Of a DNA stretch of 64,000 nucleotides, positions 1 to 9,043 are shown in pieces. The position numbers were made by a program, and so were the translations under genes. Positions within the stretch are counted from its first letter, which is position 1. Every line of letters begins with the position of its first letter. The notes beneath the pieces are model-generated. The model was not told where the DNA came from. It made no database searches and worked only from the letters and a program-made list of their open reading frames with translations. The stretch comes from Oceanispirochaeta sp. (GTDB lineage Bacteria; Spirochaetota; Spirochaetia; DSM-2461). The DNA lies in the NCBI GenBank assembly GCA_963666275.2, contig CAXXOA010000003.1:42653-106652 (forward strand). Reading direction: 5' to 3'.

Positions 1-856
1 CGGTGGCGGTTGTTCTCAGGTGAGGCCAGCAGGCGATTCCTTCAAACATGATTCTGTGCTTTTCTTCTGCTCTGAAGCTGCTTGTTCCCTCTTCCGCGGC
101 TTTTTTCCACTCTTCAATAAGGGTTTCAAAGGCTTCGGCTGCCTCGACTGTTCCCCTGGCGCATACGGCAACAGCCATATGGTTAAGAAGGACAAAACCG
201 TTAAAAGGGGAGGGTTTGTACTTTGAATAGGATGTCGCTTCCAGCCAGGCCCGGGATGTCCTGTTGGAAATTTCCATGACTTCCCTGAATTTGTCGTCGC
301 TCCAGGTTTTTCCCGTGATCTCTTCAAGCTGTTTTACCGCCGCAAGGAACTGGGCTTTTACATATTCCACATAGGCATCTGATACCTCATAATCCGGATT
401 AAAAGGTATATCTATGAGAATGAGAGGTATATCCAGTTCTTTGGATATGTTCTCATACCACTTGATCATGGTATTGCAGATATTATTACAGCAGAGGAGA
501 AAATCCGGCTGCGGCATATTCTGTTCGGGGACATCTTTTACCTTTGTATAGGCCAGGCTTATACGGGCATAGGCGCAGATATCATTGGAATATCCGTCGG
601 CTTCTGATATTTCGCATAACTTCTGACCGGCTCCTCTTGCGGCAATGGCCGCCGCCTGATTCTCGGGATAACAAACCTTGATACCAAGAGTCTGAAAGAT
701 CTCCTGGGGAAAGTTACTGGCACACCAGCCTATCTTCTCCCCCCTGTCTTTTGCCTCCTGGACTTCCCTGTAGTGCTTTTCCACAATCGCACCCAGCTTG
801 TATTTCGCTGAATTCGGGTCCGGTGCAGGCCTCTTCTTTTTTATTTCTTCGGACAT
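1..856 (-). CDS. 2-hydroxyacyl-CoA dehydratase subunit (HgdA/HgdB/LcdA-type), N-terminal ~285 codons; the 3' end lies beyond the left window edge
   Basis: The minus-strand frame is open from ATG 856 (SD AAAGGAGGA at 861-869) through base 1; I checked it codon by codon and found no stop. My translation reads MSEEIKKKRPAPDPNSAKYKLGAIVEKHYREVQEAKDRGEKIGWCASNFPQEIFQTLGIKVCYPENQ...NDICAYARISL...HRIMFEGIACWPHL, typical of the HgdA/B-BcrC dehydratase fold. It is absent from the ORF track because it is edge-truncated. It sits immediately downstream of the activator gene. Confidence 0.8.
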   Translation of the reverse strand, partial: MSEEIKKKRPAPDPNSAKYKLGAIVEKHYREVQEAKDRGEKIGWCASNFPQEIFQTLGIKVCYPENQAAAIAARGAGQKLCEISEADGYSNDICAYARISLAYTKVKDVPEQNMPQPDFLLCCNNICNTMIKWYENISKELDIPLILIDIPFNPDYEVSDAYVEYVKAQFLAAVKQLEEITGKTWSDDKFREVMEISNRTSRAWLEATSYSKYKPSPFNGFVLLNHMAVAVCARGTVEAAEAFETLIEEWKKAAEEGTSSFRAEEKHRIMFEGIACWPHLRTTAT

Positions 857-867
857 AAAATCCTCCT

Positions 868-1641
868 TTAAAGATTTTCCTTGTATGCATAGAGAGCCGC
901 TCCCAGGGCTCCGGAAACCTGGGCGTAGGGAGAATGAATTATACTTACGCCTAACGCTCTTTCCAGTGCCGTTCTGACTCCACCGTTCCGGGCGACACCG
1001 CCGCTCATATAGACCTTCTCTCTGACTCCCGCTCTTTTCGCCTGGGCTGCGACCCTCAGGGCGACGGATTCACAAATTCCGGCAACCAGATCTGTCATGG
1101 GAATGCCTCTTGCCAGTTGGGATATCACCTCAGATTCGGCAAAGACTGTGCAGGTATTGGAAATGGCCGCAGGAACTTCCGCCAGCAGACAGAGATCTGC
1201 CATATCATCAATCTCTATCTGGAGAATCCTCGCCATGACTTCCAGAAACCGTCCTGTTCCTGCTGCGCACTTATCATTCATGATGAAGTTCTGCATTCTG
1301 CCGTTTTCATCCAGTACCAGAACCTTTGCGTCCTGGCCTCCAATGTCAATAACTGTTCTGACACCGGGCAGAATAAAACTGCCACCCAGGGCATGGCAGG
1401 TGAGCTCGCTGATCCTGGCATCTGCTTTTTGAAAATTGTTTCTCCCGTACCCTGTGACAACAGAAGCACTAATATCCTTTTCATCCAGTCCGGAAAGGCC
1501 TATGACTTCGTCTATGGCTTTCTGGGGTCCCTGTGTTCCTATTCCCGAGGGAACCACAACACTGGAGAGAATCCTGTCGCCCCGGTCAAGAATGACTGCC
1601 TTGGATGTGGTGGATCCAATGTCTATGCCCAATGTCTTCAC
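868..1641 (-). CDS. 2-hydroxyacyl-CoA dehydratase activator (archerase; BcrAD/BadFG-type ATPase, HgdC-like)
   Basis: 257 aa with a GTG start and AAGGAAG SD. It has the N-terminal actin-fold phosphate loop GIDIGSTTSKAVI, DIGGQD, and the two cluster-bridging Cys contexts NDKCAAGTGRF and SNTCTVFAESE. Confidence 0.9.
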   Translation of the reverse strand: MKTLGIDIGSTTSKAVILDRGDRILSSVVVPSGIGTQGPQKAIDEVIGLSGLDEKDISASVVTGYGRNNFQKADARISELTCHALGGSFILPGVRTVIDIGGQDAKVLVLDENGRMQNFIMNDKCAAGTGRFLEVMARILQIEIDDMADLCLLAEVPAAISNTCTVFAESEVISQLARGIPMTDLVAGICESVALRVAAQAKRAGVREKVYMSGGVARNGGVRTALERALGVSIIHSPYAQVSGALGAALYAYKENL

Positions 1642-1705
1642 TCATGAACTTCCTTTTATTTATCGTTTTGTAAAAAAAGTATACGTAGACAACTGGTAAT
1701 ACCAC

Positions 1706-1735
1706 ATGATATCTATGGGTTTTTGGAATTGTCAA
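1706..1735 (-). promoter_or_regulatory. Candidate sigma70 promoter for the minus-strand activator/dehydratase operon (-35 TTGACA at 1730-1735, -10 TATCAT at 1706-1711, 18-nt spacer)
   Basis: The hexamers were read on the minus strand. A GTATAC core (1679-1684) lies just downstream of the predicted start site. Confidence 0.4.
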
Positions 1736-1766
1736 TGAATTTTTCAGGTAAAATTAATAGTTGACT

Positions 1767-1776
1767 TAGTATACTA
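1767..1776. promoter_or_regulatory. Perfect 10-bp palindrome TAGTATACTA between a -35-like TTGACT (1761-1766) and TAGCAT (1784-1789); candidate GntR/FadR-type operator
   Basis: The palindrome is seen directly. It fits the generic GntR operator form (GT-Nx-AC). It lies in the divergent region between the dehydratase operon and the ligase-GntR operon. Confidence 0.45.
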
Positions 1777-1791
1777 GGTGATTTAGCATGA

Positions 1792-3438
1792 ATGTCAAAA
1801 TCAACAGGCAGATCTATGGAAAAACTGAAGCAGATTACCCTTGGGGAAAGTTTAAAGATTATCTCGTGCAAATATCCGGAACGGAAGGCTGTCGAGGAGT
1901 GTCATGACTCTCTGACCTATCGGGAACTGGATTTTCTCTCAGATTGTATTGCCGCAAATCTTACAGGTATGGGAGTTCACAAGGGGGAACGGTTCCTTCT
2001 CTGGTCAGATAACTCCCTGAGGAGCATTGTCTTTTTTTATGCTCTGCAGAAAATAGGGGCCATCCCCGTCTTCTCCAGCCACAGAAGCCTGGCGGATGAG
2101 CTGATACAGCAGATCGAAACAGCGGAAGTACAGTATTTTGCCGCCGGGGAAGGGGAGTTCTCTCTTCCCCCGGAGGCTATGATCCGGACCATCCGGGGAA
2201 AAAAGGGCTTGGGGATCAGACACTATTTCTCCCTGGGAAAGTTCCCGCTGAAGGGTACTGCTGGATTCTCTTCTCTGATCAGAGAGCCGGATCCGCAGAG
2301 CATAGCAGCTTTTGCCGCCATGTCTGCTTCCGTGATTCCCGAGGATACATCCATGATCCTGTTTACCTCAGGAACCACCGGGGAACCAAAGGCGGTTATG
2401 ACAAGCCATTTCTCCCGTTATAACAACGGTTTCCTTCAGGCCCGGGATCTGGATGCCACGGAAGGGGATAAATTCTGTGCAGTACTGCCAGTATTCCACT
2501 GTTTCGGTATCAGCACCAATGTAATCGCCGCCATGTCTGTAGGGGCCTGCCTCCATTTAACAAGCGGGAGAAGCTCTGTGAGAGTTCTGGAATCCATTCA
2601 GGACTCCCGATGCACAATTCTCAATGCGGTACCCACTATTTTTCATAAGCTGATTACCTGCAATTCTCTGGATCAGTATGATATTTCCAGTCTCCGAACA
2701 GGGTTCATCGGAGGGGCGGGATGCCCTGTCCGATATTTCAGGGAGTTCGAACGGAAACTGGGATTGACGCTCCTGTCCAGCCTGGGAATGACCGAAACCA
2801 CTGCGGGAATTACTGTCAGCCGTCCCGGCGATTCCATTGAACTGCGCGCTTCCACCGTCGGCAGGTTTATGGAGGGGGTAGAAGGTCAAATCCAGGATCC
2901 TCTTTCGAGACAGCCTGTGGGAATAAGGGTGATCGGGGAAATCTGTGTCCGGGGATATATGGTCATGCAGGGGTATTATAACAATCCCGGGCAGACCGCC
3001 CGTGTTATTGATGAAAAGGGCTGGCTGCATACGGGAGATCTGGGATATCTTGATGAAAGCGGATATCTTCATCTGAAGGGTAGATTGAAGGAGCTTGTAA
3101 TCAAAGGGGGCGAAAATATTTCACCCCGTGAGATTGAACGGGTTCTCCTCAATCATGATAAAGTACAGGATGCAAAGGTATTAGGTGTTCCCGATCCGCA
3201 CTACGGCGAGGAAATATTTGCCTTTGTAGTGCCTGAAAAAAATTCTGCTGTTACCCTTAATGAACTGAATCAGTACTGCCGGGAAAGGCTTATTAAATTC
3301 AAAGTCCCCAGGTACATTGTTTTTGTTCAGGATCTGCCGAGAAATCCAAACGGTAAAGTCCTTCTGCAGGAACTGGAAAAAAAGGCTCTCTTTTTTCTTG
3401 AATCCGCCACAAGGGAAAAGGCCCGGTACTACGAATGA
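1792..3438 (+). CDS. AMP-forming acyl-CoA synthetase/ligase (ANL superfamily)
   Basis: 548 aa. It carries the AMP-binding signature FTSGTTGEPKAVMTSH, then GWLHTGDLGYLDESGYLHLKGRLKELVIKGGENISPREIE and C-terminal PRNPNGKV. The start may instead be Met9 (1816), because a sigma70-like -10 (1784-1789) abuts 1792. Confidence 0.9.
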   Translation: MSKSTGRSMEKLKQITLGESLKIISCKYPERKAVEECHDSLTYRELDFLSDCIAANLTGMGVHKGERFLLWSDNSLRSIVFFYALQKIGAIPVFSSHRSLADELIQQIETAEVQYFAAGEGEFSLPPEAMIRTIRGKKGLGIRHYFSLGKFPLKGTAGFSSLIREPDPQSIAAFAAMSASVIPEDTSMILFTSGTTGEPKAVMTSHFSRYNNGFLQARDLDATEGDKFCAVLPVFHCFGISTNVIAAMSVGACLHLTSGRSSVRVLESIQDSRCTILNAVPTIFHKLITCNSLDQYDISSLRTGFIGGAGCPVRYFREFERKLGLTLLSSLGMTETTAGITVSRPGDSIELRASTVGRFMEGVEGQIQDPLSRQPVGIRVIGEICVRGYMVMQGYYNNPGQTARVIDEKGWLHTGDLGYLDESGYLHLKGRLKELVIKGGENISPREIERVLLNHDKVQDAKVLGVPDPHYGEEIFAFVVPEKNSAVTLNELNQYCRERLIKFKVPRYIVFVQDLPRNPNGKVLLQELEKKALFFLESATREKARYYE

Positions 3439-3596
3439 CTCTCCATCTCATTAAGAGGGCCTTTCCCTGCGGCCATACCGGGTAAACTGGCCTATCTCAT
3501 GACTCTTTCCAGTTTTTTTCGTTAGAATCTCTGTATTGACATTCCCATAGACCGAACCTATTATCAAATTATTCGCATCCCAAAAAGGCAAATCCA

Positions 3597-4328
3597 GTGT
3601 TTGATAAAGTCAGAGGCAATAAAATTTCAAGTGAAATTATCTCTCAGATCAGGAGTATGATCTTCAGGGGCAAACTCTCCCCGGGAGATAGGCTGCCCTC
3701 GGAACATCTGCTGACAGAGCAGTTCAATGTCAGCCGTCAGACCCTCAGAGAAGCACTCCGGGCACTGGAATTTATCGGACTCATCGAGATAAAGAAGGGG
3801 GCCACAGGCGGTCCCTGTATTGCCGAAGTTGACAGTGAAATTCCCCAGGAGATGCTGGCGAATTTTCTCTATTTCAAGAATCTTACTGTCAATCAGGTTT
3901 GTGATTTCAGAAAAACCATCGAACCCACAGCGGCAAGGATGGCTGCTGATCTGATCAGTGAAGAGCAGCTGGAGGAACTCAGAAAGATTGTTGAGTCATC
4001 CAGGACACTGGATATGCAGAATCCGGCTATCTGGGAGTCAGGCGTTTATGATCTGAGTTTTCACCGTCTGATCGGGCAGGCGACGCAGAATCCGATTTTC
4101 ATCATTATCATTGATTTTCTGGAAAATGTGATGGAGGAACTCAAGGTCAATCACATCATAAAATCCGAAGAGTACGAGCAGATCTTTCAGACTCATGAGG
4201 ATATTTATAAGGCTCTTAAAGAGCGCAATGCCGATCTGGCTTCCAGGCTTATGTATGATCATATCGAGTCTGTTCAGTTTTACCTGCGTGCTGTCGGGGA
4301 ATCGGGAGTCTGGACTCATCCTGTATAA
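3597..4328 (+). CDS. GntR-family transcriptional regulator, FadR/FCD subfamily
   Basis: 243 aa with a GTG start. It has a winged-helix motif (LPSEHLLTEQFNVSRQTLREALRALEFIGLIEIKKG) followed by an all-helical FCD-like C-terminal domain. Confidence 0.9.
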   Translation: MFDKVRGNKISSEIISQIRSMIFRGKLSPGDRLPSEHLLTEQFNVSRQTLREALRALEFIGLIEIKKGATGGPCIAEVDSEIPQEMLANFLYFKNLTVNQVCDFRKTIEPTAARMAADLISEEQLEELRKIVESSRTLDMQNPAIWESGVYDLSFHRLIGQATQNPIFIIIIDFLENVMEELKVNHIIKSEEYEQIFQTHEDIYKALKERNADLASRLMYDHIESVQFYLRAVGESGVWTHPV

Positions 4329-4404
4329 AGGCTCTTTTCTCTCAGTTTTTTAAGAACTCATCCCAACACTATTTTTTTCATTATCTCTGGCTTAATTTGG
4401 AACT

Positions 4405-4429
4405 CCTGTCTGTGTACAGGTTTTTTTTT
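4405..4429 (+). terminator. Rho-independent terminator after the GntR gene
   Basis: CCTGT-ctgtgt-ACAGG followed by a T9 run. The stem is short. Confidence 0.5.
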
Positions 4430-4467
4430 ATGCTTCAAAAAAATTGGCCGAATACATTCGATTAAAT

Positions 4468-4496
4468 TTGACAGTTGAAAAAAGTAGTGCAATAAT
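4468..4496 (+). promoter_or_regulatory. Sigma70 promoter for the FAD/Fe-S/FAD operon (TTGACA-17 nt-AATAAT)
   Basis: TTGACA is at 4468-4473 and AATAAT at 4491-4496. It lies 45 nt upstream of the TTG start at 4542. Confidence 0.6.
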
Positions 4497-4541
4497 TGCA
4501 AACATTGTAAATATTGCGAATTTTGAAAGGAGGCCAAAACT

Positions 4542-6014
4542 TTGGAAAGCCTGAAAGAAAAATTTATTGGAATCCTGGGCTCTCAAAACGTCATTGATAG
4601 TCCGGAAGTCCTTGAAAGCTATTCATCAGACCACAGTTTCACAAAAGCTATGAAACCGAGGCTGGTTGTAAAACCGAAAGACGCCGCACAGGTTCAGGAA
4701 ATCGTGAAGCTGGCAAATACTACGGGCACCACCCTGGTTCCGGTGAGTTCAGGAGCTCCCCATTTCAAGGGAGATACCGTTCCCGGTGTCCCGGGAGCCG
4801 TTATCGTTGATTTAAGCGGGATGAACAAAATCATCAGCATCAATCGCCAGCAGAGAATGGCAGTCGTTGAACCTGGTGTTACCTATGATCAGCTTCAGAA
4901 GGCTCTGGCGGAAGAGGGACTGACTCTTGCCACTTCCATCAGACCCAGGGGGACAAAATCAGTTCTCACCAGTGTTCTGGAAATGGAGCCCAGACTGAAC
5001 TGTGTTCATCAGTTCAATTACACCGAACCCCTCCGCTGCAGCGAAGTAACCTTCGGTGACGGAAATCAGATCTTTACAGGAGAGGCCGGTAACGCACCCA
5101 AAGATCTGGAAAAACAGTGGGAGCTGGAAAAATGGCAGGTAAATTCAAACGGCCCCAACATGATGGACCTTGTCAGGATGGTAATGCAGGCTCAGGGAAG
5201 TATGGGAATCGTAACCTGGGTGTCCCTGAAGTGCGAACTTCTCCCCTCAATCCATAAAATGTATCTTGTTCCTGCCAGAAAATCTGTTGATCTGGAGGAC
5301 TTTGTCTACAAAACAATCCGTGTCAGATTCAGCGATAAACTTTACGTCATGAACAAAGCCTACATGGCCAGCCTCATGGCTGATACGAAAGAAGACGTTG
5401 CCAGACTCAAATCCGAACTTCCCGCCTGGGTTGCCCCGGTTGGAATCTCTGGAGATATTCTTCTGCCGGAAATGAAAGTCAGCGCTCAGGAAGAGGATAT
5501 TGCCGATTTTGCCCAGGAATGCGGTCTGCAGTTTCTGTCCAGTGTTCCCGGAGCTACGGGAGATCAGGTTCTTGCTAAATCTATCGGCACTTCTAAGGGG
5601 ACCTACTGGAAAGAGACCTATAAAGGGGCTTTTCAGGATATTTTCTTTATAACGACCCTGGATAAAACGTCCCAATTCATCAATGCCATGTACGATATGG
5701 CCATTGACGCGGGATACCCCACCGATGATATCGGTGTCTATATCCAGCCCCAGCATATGGGTACTTCTGTTCATATGGAATTTTCATTCCCCTATGATCC
5801 TGCCAGCAAGAAAGAAGCAAAAATGGTGAAGGATCTCTATGAGCAGGGAAGCCGTGAGATGTCCAGACTCGGAGCTTACTATGCCAGACCCTATGACATA
5901 TGGTCCACAATCCAGCTGAATAAAGATGCCCAATCATACAAGCTGTTGCAGGATCTGAAAGGAATCTTCGATCCCAACAACATCATGAACACCGGCAAGC
6001 TCACAGTAAAATAA
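4542..6014 (+). CDS. FAD-linked oxidase/dehydrogenase (GlcD / D-2-hydroxyacid dehydrogenase-like)
   Basis: 490 aa; the TTG start lies 7 nt after AGGAGG. It has a PCMH-type FAD-binding N-terminus (VVKPKDAAQVQEIVKLANTTGTTLVPVSSG) and the C-terminal tail LKGIFDPNNIMNTGKL typical of the family. Confidence 0.85.
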   Translation: MESLKEKFIGILGSQNVIDSPEVLESYSSDHSFTKAMKPRLVVKPKDAAQVQEIVKLANTTGTTLVPVSSGAPHFKGDTVPGVPGAVIVDLSGMNKIISINRQQRMAVVEPGVTYDQLQKALAEEGLTLATSIRPRGTKSVLTSVLEMEPRLNCVHQFNYTEPLRCSEVTFGDGNQIFTGEAGNAPKDLEKQWELEKWQVNSNGPNMMDLVRMVMQAQGSMGIVTWVSLKCELLPSIHKMYLVPARKSVDLEDFVYKTIRVRFSDKLYVMNKAYMASLMADTKEDVARLKSELPAWVAPVGISGDILLPEMKVSAQEEDIADFAQECGLQFLSSVPGATGDQVLAKSIGTSKGTYWKETYKGAFQDIFFITTLDKTSQFINAMYDMAIDAGYPTDDIGVYIQPQHMGTSVHMEFSFPYDPASKKEAKMVKDLYEQGSREMSRLGAYYARPYDIWSTIQLNKDAQSYKLLQDLKGIFDPNNIMNTGKLTVK

Positions 6015-6038
6015 ATATTGAAACGGAGGAAAGAAAGC

Positions 6039-7313
6039 ATGGCTTTAAAAGATTTAAGACCCATGATGGAACGGTGCAGCAGCTGCGCTGGCTGTAAATT
6101 CATTCCATTTGAAAAAATAAAAAGCTTAAGATTTGCGGAAAACTGTCCCAGTATAGGTTATTACAATTTTACAACCTATTCTGCCAGAGGCCGTTTCCAG
6201 CTGAGCCAGAGTATTCTGGACGGTAGAACAGATCTTAATGACACGGTAACCGAGACAATTCACTCCTGTACTTCCTGCGGACTTTGTGATGTGACATGTA
6301 AGGTAACAAGATACAATCTGGAACCCCTGGAACACAACATTGCTCTGAAAGCTCACGCTGTAAAGGAAGGCGCTGTCCTTCCCGGTCAGAAAGCTGTTAT
6401 GGACAATCTTGCAAAAGAAAACAGCATGATCCCCGGAACAAAGAAATCCGGCAGAACCGACTGGGCCAAAGGCTTGAAAATGAAAGATCTTTTCAAGGAA
6501 AAAGGCGAAGTGGCATTCTTTGCGGGATGTAAATACAGCTATGACAGCAAGCTTCAGAAAGTGGCTCAGGATGCTGTTCGAGTCCTTCAGAGTGCCGGTG
6601 TGGATCTGGGATACCTGGGATCAGCCGACAACTGCTGTACCGGCCGGGCCAAGCAGATGGGATTTGTGGATGAGTTTGAAAAAGGTGCCAACACCAACAT
6701 CAAAGCCTTCGAAAAGGCCGGTGTTAAAACCATCGTAACCCCCTGTTCCGACTGCTACCATACCTTCAAAAGAGAGTATGCCGCTCTGGGAATGGATGTT
6801 GAAGTTCTGCACGTTGTTGAATACATCGACAGGCTGATCAAAGAAGGCAAGATCAAATTCACCAAGTCCATCCCCATGACCGTGACCTACCATGATCCCT
6901 GTCACCTGGGACGACTGGGTGAGAAACATGAACCATGGGAAGGAACTGACAAGAAGATTTTCAATCAGGTCCATATCTATGAACCCAGAAAACCCCGGTA
7001 CAACGGAATCGACGGGATCTATGATGCTCCCAGAAATATCCTGGAAGCCATCCCTGGTGTGAAACTGACTGAAATGGAAAGGATCCGGGAGTACTCCTGG
7101 TGCTGCGGTGCCGGTGGCGGATGCAGCGAAACCCTTCCCGAGTATTCATCCTGGACCGCTGGAGAGAGAGTTGCCGAAGCCAATGCGACAGGTGCTGATG
7201 CTATGGTCACAGCCTGTCCCTGGTGTAAAGACAACTTTATGAAAGCGGAAGATGAAGATGGCAACACCATTGAAGTCATGGACATCATCGAACTTGTCCA
7301 GCAGGCACTTTAA
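6039..7313 (+). CDS. Fe-S oxidoreductase with two CCG domains (GlcF/GlpC/HdrD-like)
   Basis: The ORF spans 6018-7313; ATG 6039 is preferred (GGAGGA 8 nt upstream). It has ferredoxin-type clusters (CSSCAGC...CP and CTSCGLCDVTC) plus two Cys-rich CCG modules (ADNCCTGRA...CSDC and SWCCGAGGG...CPWC). Confidence 0.9.
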   Translation: MALKDLRPMMERCSSCAGCKFIPFEKIKSLRFAENCPSIGYYNFTTYSARGRFQLSQSILDGRTDLNDTVTETIHSCTSCGLCDVTCKVTRYNLEPLEHNIALKAHAVKEGAVLPGQKAVMDNLAKENSMIPGTKKSGRTDWAKGLKMKDLFKEKGEVAFFAGCKYSYDSKLQKVAQDAVRVLQSAGVDLGYLGSADNCCTGRAKQMGFVDEFEKGANTNIKAFEKAGVKTIVTPCSDCYHTFKREYAALGMDVEVLHVVEYIDRLIKEGKIKFTKSIPMTVTYHDPCHLGRLGEKHEPWEGTDKKIFNQVHIYEPRKPRYNGIDGIYDAPRNILEAIPGVKLTEMERIREYSWCCGAGGGCSETLPEYSSWTAGERVAEANATGADAMVTACPWCKDNFMKAEDEDGNTIEVMDIIELVQQAL

Positions 7314-7328
7314 GGAAGGAGGAAAAAT

Positions 7329-8993
7329 ATGGCTTTATCAAGAGAAATATACCAGGCCCTTGAAGACGTAGTAGGAAAGAAAAATATTTCCGAAGACATC
7401 GGGGTTTGCGAAACATACAGAAGTATTCCCTCTCAGACTTCGGCCCACTACGGACCTTCAAAAGAGTGGACACCTCTTCCCCAGGCGGTTGTACTGCCCG
7501 GAAGTACGGAAGAAGTTCAGAGTATTGTTAAAATCTGTAACAAATACGGAATTGAATTCAAAGCGGGATCTACCTTCTGGGCTACCATGGCCTATATCGG
7601 TGGAGACAACGCCATTCAGCTGGATATGCGCCGCATGAAAAGCGTTGAAATTGACGTGAAAAATATGCACGCTGTGGTTGAACCCTTCGCTATTGCCGCA
7701 ACCGTTCAGGCTGAAGCCATGAAGGTTGGACTGAACCTGAATATTCCCGGTGTAGGATGCAGCAGCTCCGTACTGGCCAGCAGTTCCGGATGGGCCGGAT
7801 TCGGTCCTGCCTCGATCTTCATGGGTGCCAACCCCGAAAACCTCCTCGGAGCCGAATGGGTGCTCCCTAACGGAGAAATCATCAGAACCGGTTCTCTCGG
7901 TTCGGGTGACGGATGGTTCTGCGGTGAAGGCCCCGGACCCAGTACCAGAGGTATCCTGAGAGGGATCTTCGGCCCTGCCGGTGCGATGGGTGTCTGTACC
8001 AAACTCGCGACAAGACTTCACCCCTGGCCCGGTCCCAAAGAGTTCAAAACCTACGGAAAGGCTCCCGCCTACAAAGCGGACTTCGGGGATAACTTTAAAT
8101 GCTATACCCTCTGCTACCCCAGCTGGGAAGCCTGGGCAAGGAGTGTACAGTATTTCCACGAAAGTGATGTCCTGTACATCGGTCATAGACAGTTCAACAT
8201 GTTCGGAAGAAACCTCAAAGCTTTTATGCTGAACATCATTACTGACGAAACCAAACAGCTTTCCGATCTGCCTGAGCTTCTGAAAGATCCTGAAATCCAG
8301 AAACACAATGACAATATGAAGCTTGACTATCAGGTTGTTATTGCGGGAATGACTCCCCGGGATATGGAGTATAAGGAAAAGGCCATCGATTACATCCTGG
8401 AACAGACCGGCGGATGGAAGCATGAAATGATGCTGGAGAAAGATAAGCATGACTACGCTCTGGCCTACATGACAAGACTGGGACACAAGAACCTGAACTT
8501 CGTTATGTGCGGTGCCTACGAAGGTACATTTGGTCTTTCCGGAAACGTATGGAAAACCATTCAGGTTGTTGAAGAAGCGTCTGCACAGAAAAGAAAATGG
8601 GAAACAGAAGAGACCTGTATTGCCGCTACCGGTGGTGACTCCGCCATGGGGGGTGTCTCCGGAATGGGGGGAGGAGGAGCCACCGGTTGGGAATTCTTTA
8701 CCAACTTCGACTCCTACTATCCCAAGTCTGTGGAAGGCACCTGTAAAATGGTGGATGAAAACCAGCAGTTCCACAACAAGTATTCCTTCGGTCCTGATTT
8801 CTGCCGCTGGAATTCGGATGTCCGTCATATGAACGGTTACAACTACACTCAGGAGGAACACGATGATATTTTCAAAAATGCTCCCCAGCCCTGGGTATTT
8901 GCCTACCAGTATAAAATCCGTCAGGCTGTGAATCCCAACAACCTCTGCGGAAGCTATCTGAGAACTCTCACTCCCGAAAAGATAACGGGATAG
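7329..8993 (+). CDS. FAD-binding oxidoreductase (second PCMH-type FAD protein, GlcE/VAO-like)
   Basis: 554 aa with an AGGAGGA SD. It has an FAD-binding N-terminus (AVVLPGSTEEVQSIVKICNKYGIEFKAGST), a long cap domain with the Gly-rich insert GGDSAMGGVSGMGGGGATGW, and is followed by a strong terminator. Confidence 0.8.
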   Translation: MALSREIYQALEDVVGKKNISEDIGVCETYRSIPSQTSAHYGPSKEWTPLPQAVVLPGSTEEVQSIVKICNKYGIEFKAGSTFWATMAYIGGDNAIQLDMRRMKSVEIDVKNMHAVVEPFAIAATVQAEAMKVGLNLNIPGVGCSSSVLASSSGWAGFGPASIFMGANPENLLGAEWVLPNGEIIRTGSLGSGDGWFCGEGPGPSTRGILRGIFGPAGAMGVCTKLATRLHPWPGPKEFKTYGKAPAYKADFGDNFKCYTLCYPSWEAWARSVQYFHESDVLYIGHRQFNMFGRNLKAFMLNIITDETKQLSDLPELLKDPEIQKHNDNMKLDYQVVIAGMTPRDMEYKEKAIDYILEQTGGWKHEMMLEKDKHDYALAYMTRLGHKNLNFVMCGAYEGTFGLSGNVWKTIQVVEEASAQKRKWETEETCIAATGGDSAMGGVSGMGGGGATGWEFFTNFDSYYPKSVEGTCKMVDENQQFHNKYSFGPDFCRWNSDVRHMNGYNYTQEEHDDIFKNAPQPWVFAYQYKIRQAVNPNNLCGSYLRTLTPEKITG

Positions 8994-9043
8994 TAAAAGG
9001 TAATTTGCAGGGACTATCCTCTGCATAGTAATTGTGTTGCTCT

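Noticed and set aside
16-327. Small ORFs listed at the left edge: 16-327 (-), 20-226 (+) and 48-230 (+).
   Set aside because: A different minus-strand frame is open across the whole 1-856 interval. That frame encodes a recognisable 2-hydroxyacyl-CoA dehydratase subunit, so the listed small ORFs are out-of-frame or antisense artefacts.
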